Shown piece by piece: positions 1 through 7,498 of a stretch of 51,293 nt of DNA; the stretch's first letter is position 1; each line of letters starts with the position of its first letter. The DNA lies in assembly GCA_964521325.1 (NCBI GenBank), contig CAZFRL010000004.1, forward strand, positions 1-51,293, given 5' to 3'. The DNA comes from an uncultured Dehalococcoidales bacterium (GTDB lineage: Bacteria; Chloroflexota; Dehalococcoidia; Dehalococcoidales; CAZFRL01). The position numbers and the translations under genes are program-made. A model generated the notes under the pieces. The model was not told the DNA's origin, made no database searches, and saw only the letters and a list, made by a program, of their open reading frames with translations.

Positions 1-64
1 TTATGACGCAACCATACCTTGTTCGGTAACAGTTTATTTTGACGCAACACGGGCTGGGGGTGGT

Positions 65-1276
65 TTATTTTTTTAGTTTAGCCTTAGTGCCAGTTTCTGC
101 TAATCTGAAGGCGAAGCAAGCACAGACTATTGCTGTTCCGATAAAAATAATAAGGGCTAAGTTTAAAGACCCTTTAACGTCCAGGATATATCCTGCTAAC
201 CAGGGCCCAATAAATCCTCCTATGTGTCCAATAGAAATTACCATCCCACTTGCTGCTCCAACAGAATCCTTTGGCACCATTTCCGCAGGAAGAGCAAGTA
301 TAATGGCGAATGGGCCGCCTATGGAAATACCAGCAATAACCATAAGCAGCCAGAAGAATGGTACGGAGAGGTATATTTCACCCAATGCTATCAAAGCCCA
401 TACTATAGCGGAGCCCCACAGAAACGGTTTCCTGAAACCCAGCTTATATGAAGCCCATGGTATGAGGAAACCAGCGGAGAGGTTTGCCCACAAAAAGGTT
501 GAAGTTATTAATGCTGCCAAATTCGGTGTTGCCCCCTTCATCATCAGTAATGCTGGTGTCCATCCCGACCAAGTAAGGGCATGGAAATTAACAAGAAAGA
601 ATATGAAAGTCACCAGCCATAGTTCTTTGCTTCTCCACACCGTATAAGATGGCTTAACCTTCTCGACTGCATGTTGACTTTGAATGCTGGGAGAAGGCTC
701 TTTCACTATAGTCCACCATAAGATAGCGGCCACTATGGCTGGAATAGTCCATATGTAAATGGCTCCTTGAAAGGTGTTGGTTATGGGAAAAACTAGTGGT
801 AACGTGATAGCGAGGGAAATGCCAGACCCCGTCATGAGTCCGGTAGAGTATATGCCCGTGGCCAGGCCAATTTTTTGGGGAGGGAACCAAGCGCCTACAA
901 GCTTGGGCAGGTTGGGAAAAATTAGAGCAAATCCGACTCCGTATAAGCATGTGAAGGCAAGGAGTGTCTCAAAACTTGTGGAGGTGCCTCTCAGAAGACT
1001 GCCCACTATCATCACGATAGCACCAATCCCGGCTGCCTTTCGAACGCCAATTCGGTCAGCAAGTATGCCGCTAGGTATGGCAAGTACTGCTAGCATAATA
1101 ATTGGAATAGAGAAGAGCAGGCTAACCTGTGCATTACTCAAGACCAGTTCATCCCTGATAATATGTGCCATTGGTGGGACACAAAACATCGGCGCAAACA
1201 TAGAGAAGCCCATTAGCCAGGCGCATCCCAGCATGACCCAGGAAGTTTGAAGATTTTGCCTATTGTGTGGGGGCAT
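65..1276 (-). CDS. MFS transporter (CynX/NimT-like)
   Basis: 403 aa with about 12 hydrophobic segments; MFS motif A-like GILADRIGVRK; GLATGIYSTG resembles the CynX family. Confidence 0.85.
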   Translation of the reverse strand: MPPHNRQNLQTSWVMLGCAWLMGFSMFAPMFCVPPMAHIIRDELVLSNAQVSLLFSIPIIMLAVLAIPSGILADRIGVRKAAGIGAIVMIVGSLLRGTSTSFETLLAFTCLYGVGFALIFPNLPKLVGAWFPPQKIGLATGIYSTGLMTGSGISLAITLPLVFPITNTFQGAIYIWTIPAIVAAILWWTIVKEPSPSIQSQHAVEKVKPSYTVWRSKELWLVTFIFFLVNFHALTWSGWTPALLMMKGATPNLAALITSTFLWANLSAGFLIPWASYKLGFRKPFLWGSAIVWALIALGEIYLSVPFFWLLMVIAGISIGGPFAIILALPAEMVPKDSVGAASGMVISIGHIGGFIGPWLAGYILDVKGSLNLALIIFIGTAIVCACFAFRLAETGTKAKLKK

Positions 1277-1342
1277 GATACTCTTTTGGTCTCTTTTTTA
1301 AATCCATAATAGAGTAAGTATCTCTTTTGGGGGTAGAGGGGA

Positions 1343-1371
1343 AGTTTAGCATTGTTACCTTGAAGTGTCAA
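1343..1371 (-). promoter_or_regulatory. sigma70-type promoter for MFS gene
   Basis: Minus strand TTGACA-17 nt-TAAACT, about 70 nt upstream of the ATG at 1276. Confidence 0.55.
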
Positions 1372-1446
1372 TGATTCCAACAAGTCCAGAACCGGCTACA
1401 GGAGCCGGTCTTCTCTGGTGAGGCTACACAGGGGGCTTTTGAGGCT

Positions 1447-2181
1447 TCACAAACCGTAGGTCAGGCGTGTTGCCAGGCGTATGGGTAGTCCTTGCTTTAC
1501 CATTCTGGTTTGGGTGCCAGCAATATTGTAGGGAATACGGTAGAGCCTTATTGTTCTGGCTTCGTTATCATAGATGGCATAACTGGCTCGAGGGTCACCA
1601 TCTCGGGGTTGTCCCACACCGCCAGGGTTAATAATCAATCGATTCTTACCCAGCGCCAGCCTGATATTAGTCGAGAACTGGCTAAAGGAACAGTCACCAG
1701 TTTCATCATACTTAAACACGAGGGGCACGTGAGAATGACCCACTAGGCAAAATTGTGATTTGAAGAAAGCAAAATTTTCCTTAGCATTGCTGACTGATAG
1801 CAGGTACTCCCAGACAGGTTCCCTCGGGCTGCCATGCACCAGAGTGAAATCACCTTTCTGAACAACCAGCGGTAGGCTCTCAAGATACTGTATATCCTCT
1901 GGGCTTAATTGCTGAGCTGTCCAGTGGCAGGCTGCGGCGGCATCAGGGTTAAAATTGGAGGTATCTATCTTGCCTATTGCTGCCCAATCATGGTTCCCGG
2001 CGACACAGACATGGTTGTATTGGCACAAAAGCTCAAGGCACTGGTGAGGGTCGGGACCGTAGCCGACAACATCCCCCAGGCACCACATCTCCTCCACTTT
2101 CCCCCCAAGCTTAATGTCTTCCAGTACGGCAGTAAAAGCGGCTAGATTGGCATGAATATCGGCAATAATTGCGTAACGCAT
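1447..2181 (-). CDS. Metallophosphoesterase (calcineurin-like, YfcE/MJ0936-type)
   Basis: Motifs ADIHAN, LGDVVGYG, GNHD, HGSP, GHSH, NPGGVGQPRDG. Confidence 0.9.
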   Translation of the reverse strand: MRYAIIADIHANLAAFTAVLEDIKLGGKVEEMWCLGDVVGYGPDPHQCLELLCQYNHVCVAGNHDWAAIGKIDTSNFNPDAAAACHWTAQQLSPEDIQYLESLPLVVQKGDFTLVHGSPREPVWEYLLSVSNAKENFAFFKSQFCLVGHSHVPLVFKYDETGDCSFSQFSTNIRLALGKNRLIINPGGVGQPRDGDPRASYAIYDNEARTIRLYRIPYNIAGTQTRMVKQGLPIRLATRLTYGL

Positions 2182-2255
2182 TACTATAATAATATAACAG
2201 CTTTTGCCCGTTATAACTAGCAGTTAAACCCACTTGATAAATAACCCTTCGCTGC

Positions 2256-2284
2256 TTGACTCGCATTCTAAGTCAGACTATTAT
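2256..2284 (+). promoter_or_regulatory. sigma70-type promoter
   Basis: TTGACT-17 nt-TATTAT, followed by a GGAGG SD and GTG at 2303. Confidence 0.55.
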
Positions 2285-2302
2285 CAAGGGAGGGGGTGGC
2301 AA

Positions 2303-2815
2303 GTGTGGCAGTATATTGTTACCTTAATTATCGCGTTAATTGCTGTTTGGGTTTCCCTGCGATGGTCAGCAAAAGGCAGGAGTAAAACAGCCCTCGCCAG
2401 CTTAAGGAACGAAATTTCTACCAATCTTGGTCTTTGTAAAGTTATTTGTGACAATCTAGACAAAGATGTTGAGTGGCTTAAGGAAGGTAAAATAGGCATA
2501 ACCCCGCTCGTGCAACCTCACACTTGGGCATGGAACGTAGCTAGATCGGCAATGACTCTTAGGGGTGAGGACGGTTCTGGAGCCCTGGAAGTCGCATATA
2601 TTACCACTGACATCACAAATAGTCGTATCCGAAGGATTGAGGAACTAAAACACGGTGTCATACCCATACTTAAAGGCGAAAAAGTATGGCCGACAATTGA
2701 GGGAAATTGTGCTGCTCTCAAAAGCTACATACAAGAGCGCACTATACCTGCTTCCAAAGCTGCAAAAGATGTCGTAGATAAAGAATTGTCCAAGTATAAG
2801 TGGTGGCGCTTATAA
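2303..2815 (+). CDS. Hypothetical protein with single N-terminal TM helix
   Basis: ORF track starts at 2234, but the promoter and SD favour GTG 2303 (MWQYIVTLIIALIAVWVSLRW...); soluble helical remainder; ends 1 nt before the next ATG. Confidence 0.6.
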   Translation: MWQYIVTLIIALIAVWVSLRWSAKGRSKTALASLRNEISTNLGLCKVICDNLDKDVEWLKEGKIGITPLVQPHTWAWNVARSAMTLRGEDGSGALEVAYITTDITNSRIRRIEELKHGVIPILKGEKVWPTIEGNCAALKSYIQERTIPASKAAKDVVDKELSKYKWWRL

Positions 2816-2816
2816 A

Positions 2817-3665
2817 ATGAGGACTGGAATCTTTTTTACCTATTTTGAGGGGGAAAGGCTGAGAGATTTTCCCCAGGCATTAGATGGCATCTTGGATAAG
2901 GAAAATGTCTCATATTATGATGCCGTTTATAGCTCACGCGATGGGCTTTACTACTTGGAACCGGTGTCCGAGGAGCTGCTACTCAAGGTTCACTCCCAGG
3001 ATATGGTGCGGGAGGTGAAGCTGACCGGCGACTATGAATCAGCTTTATATTCAGCCGGGGGCACGGTTCAGGCAGCTGATGAAATCTGGCAGGGGAAAAT
3101 CGATAATGCCTTTGTTTTTACCAGCTTTGGTGACCATCATGCCGGTAGGAACTTTTACGGTGGTATGTGTTATTTCAACGGTGCTGCCTTAGCTATAACC
3201 GCTCTTAAGGAGAGGGGAGTGAGGCGGTTTGTTATAGTGGATACAGACTGTCATCATGCTGACGGCACTAGGGACATCTTTGTTAACGATGAAGATGTGC
3301 TCCATATATGCCTTTGCCATCAGGACTACTCTGATAATCGCAATAATGTAGATGTCAGGATTCCCTCTCGCACCTCAGATGATGAGTATCTCGCCAAAAT
3401 GAAGCAGGAGTTTGTGCCTCGGGCGGTGGCGTTTAACCCTGAGTATATTTTTTGGGAATTTGGCTATGATGCTACTCAGGGGGAATATGGGGATAAGGGT
3501 TTGACCATGGCTTGTCACCTCAAGCTGGCAGGGCTCATCAAAGGGGTGGCTGACGGGGTTTGCCATGGTAGGTTGATTACTATCTTGTGTGGTGGCTCAG
3601 GTCGGGCTGTTGCCACCTATACCATACCCAGGATTATTCGTTGTCTGGCTGAGCTGGACACGTAG
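2817..3665 (+). CDS. Histone deacetylase/AcuC-family Zn hydrolase (atypical motifs)
   Basis: LLKVHS, GDHHAG, GMCYFNGAA, DTDCHHADGT, FGYDA, GGS match the arginase/deacetylase fold of the HDAC family. Confidence 0.85.
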   Translation: MRTGIFFTYFEGERLRDFPQALDGILDKENVSYYDAVYSSRDGLYYLEPVSEELLLKVHSQDMVREVKLTGDYESALYSAGGTVQAADEIWQGKIDNAFVFTSFGDHHAGRNFYGGMCYFNGAALAITALKERGVRRFVIVDTDCHHADGTRDIFVNDEDVLHICLCHQDYSDNRNNVDVRIPSRTSDDEYLAKMKQEFVPRAVAFNPEYIFWEFGYDATQGEYGDKGLTMACHLKLAGLIKGVADGVCHGRLITILCGGSGRAVATYTIPRIIRCLAELDT

Positions 3666-3678
3666 CAGTAAGCGGTAG

Positions 3679-4341
3679 CTATCGGGTAATCTGGTAGAGA
3701 GCTATCCCCCATTTTCTGGAGTGGGCTTGCTTTAACCGGTTTAGGTGTGCCTGAAATGGGACTGAGCCGATATTTTCAGTGGACATTAGTACCGCATCTT
3801 CTTTATTATCCGTGTAATAGCCACGCCGCAGGCCCACCTGAATGAAGCCGTACTTCCGATAGAGACTCTGAGCAGCAGTGTTGGAAGCGCGCACCTCCAG
3901 AGTAATGATACGAGCATTTAACTCAGTAGTCAGGTCTATAGTGGATATGAGTAGCAACTCTCCTATCCCCTGGCGCCGGTAGGGCCCTTGTACCGCAATG
4001 TTGGTTATATGGGCTTCATCAGCCATAATCCAGAAGCCAGCGAAACCGACAATGTGTTGTCTATCTGATGAGGGCAGTTCATTGCTAAAGAAGCGGTCGC
4101 GATTAAACAACTGCCTCATTCTGGATGTCAGCCCAGTGAGGCTTTTTTGAGGGGGAGGCTTTACCTCAGTCTCCTCAGCCATTTTCTCTTCACCGTGAGC
4201 TACAATATAGTGGGCTAATCGGTTTCGTAGCTCGTTCTGATAGTTAGCCGGTGGCCACAGTGTGGGGAAAGCTTCACGGTCAATCTCAGTAACCTGGGCA
4301 ATATCTTCTCTGCGCATCAGGCGCACATAGCAAGGCGGCAA
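3679..4341 (-). CDS. rimI: Ribosomal protein S18 alanine N-acetyltransferase (GNAT)
   Basis: EAHITNIAV, RRQGIGELLL, TLEVRASN, LYRKYGF, RRGYYTDNKEDA; TTG start with AGAGGA SD; ~40-aa insertion after the first strand. Confidence 0.85.
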   Translation of the reverse strand: MPPCYVRLMRREDIAQVTEIDREAFPTLWPPANYQNELRNRLAHYIVAHGEEKMAEETEVKPPPQKSLTGLTSRMRQLFNRDRFFSNELPSSDRQHIVGFAGFWIMADEAHITNIAVQGPYRRQGIGELLLISTIDLTTELNARIITLEVRASNTAAQSLYRKYGFIQVGLRRGYYTDNKEDAVLMSTENIGSVPFQAHLNRLKQAHSRKWGIALYQITR

Positions 4342-4530
4342 TATTTTATCCTCTCGACCAAAGTCTTAATCTGGGAATTATTGTAACACATTCCATTTCC
4401 CAATGGCACACCCGAGGTTGGTTATCGGGGGAAGATAGTTAAGGAGTACATCATGTTAAGCGAACACCGAGAAGCCTTGCCACCACCGCCTCAGGCTTTC
4501 AGCCAAAGCCTTACCAGACGCGCTGTAACT

Positions 4531-4556
4531 AATAAGGGGAGCTTTTTCAGCTCCCC
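4531..4556 (-). terminator. Intrinsic terminator-like hairpin downstream of mazF
   Basis: GGGGAGCT-5 nt-AGCTCCCC 8-bp stem followed by TTATT on the minus strand. Confidence 0.5.
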
Positions 4557-4586
4557 CAGGTCTCCACTATCTTTACTACTTCACCA

Positions 4587-4634
4587 GCCGTCAAGAATAA
4601 AGGCTTCGCCCGACTTTCAGTCGTTCTTGACTGC
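4587..4634. repeat. Nested palindrome (three-way hairpin) at island border
   Basis: GTCAAGAA(4590-4597)...TTCTTGAC(4624-4631) encloses GGC-TTC-GCC and CGAC-TTTCA-GTCG hairpins. Confidence 0.55.
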
Positions 4635-4714
4635 TTTTTAATATTTCCTTTTAAAATCAATATTCAACAATCACATTTTAAGTGGAAAGTCAAAAGTTTA
4701 TAAGAAATATGCCA

Positions 4715-5062
4715 TTAATGCGAAGAAATATCTAAGCTTACATTAAGTGCTCTATCGACTTCTAACACCTTTGAGTCAGACAGTTTCCCTATTCTAGTGA
4801 CTAATCGACTTTGATTTATAGTAAGAAGTTGCTCGAGTAAAACCGTACTATCTTTTGGTAGGCCACTCTCTTGAGCAGAAATTTCTACATGAAAAGGATA
4901 CGACGCCTTTTGCTTAGATGCTATTGCTGCTATTATAGTTGTGCTAGAATTCCTATTTCCGGTATCGTTCTGAATAATTAAGGCGGGTCTTCGCCCGCCC
5001 TGTTCACTACCTCTGGGAGTTCCGAAATCTACCCAATATATCTCACCTCGCCGCACAGGCAT
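4715..5062 (-). CDS. mazF: MazF/PemK-family endoribonuclease toxin (EndoA-like)
   Basis: RGEIYWVDF, GSEQGGRRPALIIQND, VLLEQLLTI match Bacillus-type MazF; residue 48 is Ala rather than Thr. Confidence 0.92.
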   Translation of the reverse strand: MPVRRGEIYWVDFGTPRGSEQGGRRPALIIQNDTGNRNSSTTIIAAIASKQKASYPFHVEISAQESGLPKDSTVLLEQLLTINQSRLVTRIGKLSDSKVLEVDRALNVSLDISSH

Positions 5063-5401
5063 TTAGCTCTCCCAATCTGGCCATTCCTCCAATGCAATAT
5101 GCATGGATTCCTCTGCTAATTTACTGTTTTCAATTGCCATGGCTTTGTAACCAACCGTAAGTTCATCTATTTTAGGCAATTCTATATCTGAAGGAATCTC
5201 AATGTTTGTTTCATGCGAAGGTGAATACCAAGGTAAGGTTGCTACGTCAATTAGAAGATATCCTCCAGTAGTCGCAACAGCTGATATTCCTAAAGTTGTA
5301 AAATTGGTTCTCTGATATCCTGTTGAAAGTCCTGCAGCGGTAGACCTTATTACCTTTGCAACTGTTCCAATTTCTTTTGCTTCTACATTAACTACTTTCA
5401 T
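5063..5401 (-). CDS. Putative MazE-like antitoxin with atypical S/T/G/A-rich N-terminus
   Basis: ATG 5401 overlaps the upstream TAA (TAATG); its TAA abuts the mazF ATG; C-terminal ELTVGYKAMAIENSKLAEE resembles the MazF-binding GYxxMAxxNxxxxxE helix of Firmicute MazE. Confidence 0.6.
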   Translation of the reverse strand: MKVVNVEAKEIGTVAKVIRSTAAGLSTGYQRTNFTTLGISAVATTGGYLLIDVATLPWYSPSHETNIEIPSDIELPKIDELTVGYKAMAIENSKLAEESMHIALEEWPDWES

Positions 5402-6441
5402 TAAATCACCTTCCCATCTTCGGCAGCTACCCAACCTTGAGATAAAGTTCTCACTAGTGCTGGAGTATCTACACCTTGCATTCCAGCAAGTGTACCTCGC
5501 GCTCTAAAAATCACATTTTCCGTTACAAATATGTGCTGACATAACTTACCATTGCATATTGACTCAACAGCAGCTCTCTCATAATGTATCGTTTTGTTTT
5601 GTTCTGTACCTAAGTCATGCTCTGCACTAAAAGGTTTTGTTAATTTTAACCAATTTTCATAGTCTTTATACAGTTCCCACATAATCCTATCAATTTCCGC
5701 AGATGGTTTTTTGATATCTATTTTAATGTCATTCTCAGCTTCCGAACGTCCAATCAAATAGTTATGTGTTGGAAGTTCATGAGTAAGTTCCTTAACAATA
5801 TGGTCTATCTTATCCTCATCTTGTAAATGCATTGACAATAAACGTTTTGCTAAGGAGCTAGTTTGTTCCCTCGCTCTATAAACTGCTCCTAATGCTAAAG
5901 GATGCACCTTATCAGCAAGAATATTTATTACTTCAACCATTGATTCTTCATTCTCTAAACCAATTTCAGTACGTGCTAAGTCTAAGAATCCGACCATATC
6001 TTCAACGCTAACTGGTAGTAGTGTAGCCAGTCCTGGTTGTTGCACACCTGGAGCTTGTGGATTAAATGGTGATGATACTGACGGGTCAATAGGGCTTAGA
6101 AATCCATGTGTACCCATGATAATATTGTCAGCACCCAATGCTATAAGTGTTCCGCAACTCAGAGCACGAAATGGTACTAAAACAGAGATTTTTTCACTAT
6201 ACTGCCGGAGAAGACTTACTAAGCCCCAGCCAACTATCGTATCCCCTCCTGGTGTATAAAGGAATAGAGCCAAATCCTCTGTTGGTTTAATGTTTGATAA
6301 ATGCTCTGATACTAAAGGCAAAATATCAGGAGCAATTCTTGTCTCCATTCCTTGACGGTCTCCTGTTACTACCGTAAGAACTCTTGCCTTTAAGTTCTTC
6401 TCAAGTTTCTCAATTAGTTCTTTTCTTTCCTGAACTGCCAA
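5401..6441 (-). CDS. ClpP/crotonase-fold serine protease (SDH_sah-like family)
   Basis: TPGG, ALSCGTLIALGAD (Ser nucleophile), LSPIDP, PTHNYLI motifs; TTG 6441 chosen because an AGGAG SD and a promoter lie between it and the track start 6486. Confidence 0.85.
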   Translation of the reverse strand: MAVQERKELIEKLEKNLKARVLTVVTGDRQGMETRIAPDILPLVSEHLSNIKPTEDLALFLYTPGGDTIVGWGLVSLLRQYSEKISVLVPFRALSCGTLIALGADNIIMGTHGFLSPIDPSVSSPFNPQAPGVQQPGLATLLPVSVEDMVGFLDLARTEIGLENEESMVEVINILADKVHPLALGAVYRAREQTSSLAKRLLSMHLQDEDKIDHIVKELTHELPTHNYLIGRSEAENDIKIDIKKPSAEIDRIMWELYKDYENWLKLTKPFSAEHDLGTEQNKTIHYERAAVESICNGKLCQHIFVTENVIFRARGTLAGMQGVDTPALVRTLSQGWVAAEDGKVI

Positions 6442-6466
6442 ATTTCTACTCCTATATAGGGCTAGA

Positions 6467-6493
6467 ATTATACCACAATATGTCAAATGTCAA
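6467..6493 (-). promoter_or_regulatory. Promoter of protease-antitoxin-toxin operon
   Basis: TTGACA-TTTGACATATTGTGG-TATAAT: extended -10 (TGn) with a 15-nt spacer and tandem TTGACA. Confidence 0.55.
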
Positions 6494-6949
6494 CCATTCA
6501 CTGACGCATTTTCATTCTATCACGTATCCCTTACCGTTTACTACACTATATCTCAAATCATGACCGTCATTTAAACATTCAGTTGCTAACATCTTTGTTA
6601 ACATACTTCTTGGTATAATTAGTTATTAGACATTATTATACTTGACAATACAAAGCTAACTCCCATATTGAATGGTATCAAACACTACTTATTCTGACTC
6701 GTTTGGATAATACTTCTGTATTGTTTTATTAAAACTTCAAACTCCGACACCTCTTTAAGAACATCTAAAGTTTTCATTTGCTCCACCTATCCTTTTCACC
6801 ATATAATCGTTATAGCATATAGAGGACATGGTGATTGTGTAATACTTAATGTACATTCGTCAATACTCTATATGCACAGGGTAATACCGTAATTGCAGCT
6901 AGACCTAGGCACGGAGTGAGCTTGAGGTTTAGCTGACGGAGGTTATCAG

Positions 6950-7498
6950 GTGCAGAATGAGGAGAGCCTTGTCCACCGTGCGCAACAGCGAGAGACGGAG
7001 GCTTTTGCCCAGTTATATGAGAATTACTTCGATAAGATTTATCGTTATGTGGTTTTCAAGATAGGAAACAGGACAGAGGCAGAGGACTTGACACAACAGG
7101 TCTTTCTAAATGCACTCCAGTCTATCTCTTCCTTCAAGTGGAAGGGGAGGCCCTTTTCTGCCTGGCTATTCCGTATTGCCCATAACCAGATAGTTGACTA
7201 CCTGAGAAAGAAAACAAGGCAGGCTACTACGCCCCTTGACAAGTCGACGGTGATTAGTGATAGCAACCCCCAGCTGGCAATTGAGCGGAAGCTGGATATT
7301 GAGCAGCTACTTTTGGCAACCAAGCGGCTGACTAAAGCACAGCGGGAGGTGATTTCTTTACGCTTTGCTGGTGAGCTGCCTATTGCCGAGGTAGCCAAGG
7401 TTATGGACAAAAGTGAGGGAGCAGTAAAGGCGTTGCAGCACAGTGCAATAGTAGCCCTGCGTAAAACACTAGTGGTGACCAACAATGACAGCAAGTAA
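6950..7498 (+). CDS. ECF RNA polymerase sigma factor (SigW/RpoE-like)
   Basis: Region 2 DKIYRYV...AEDLTQQVF...FSAWLFRIAHN; region 4 LTKAQREVISLRF...IAEVAKVM...VKALQHSA; GGAGG SD with GTG start. Confidence 0.93.
   Translation: MQNEESLVHRAQQRETEAFAQLYENYFDKIYRYVVFKIGNRTEAEDLTQQVFLNALQSISSFKWKGRPFSAWLFRIAHNQIVDYLRKKTRQATTPLDKSTVISDSNPQLAIERKLDIEQLLLATKRLTKAQREVISLRFAGELPIAEVAKVMDKSEGAVKALQHSAIVALRKTLVVTNNDSK

Noticed and set aside
39-1250. Plus-strand ORFs 39-647, 224-451, 774-1250 and similar antisense/shadow ORFs throughout (inside rpoBC, recG, arg genes, iscS, mutL)
   Set aside because: They lie opposite or within well-supported genes, lack SD or motifs, and are expected shadows of real reading frames.
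4080-4200. ~40-aa insertion in RimI
   Set aside because: Looks like a surface-loop expansion; GNAT motifs are intact and there is no sign of an intein or mobile insert.
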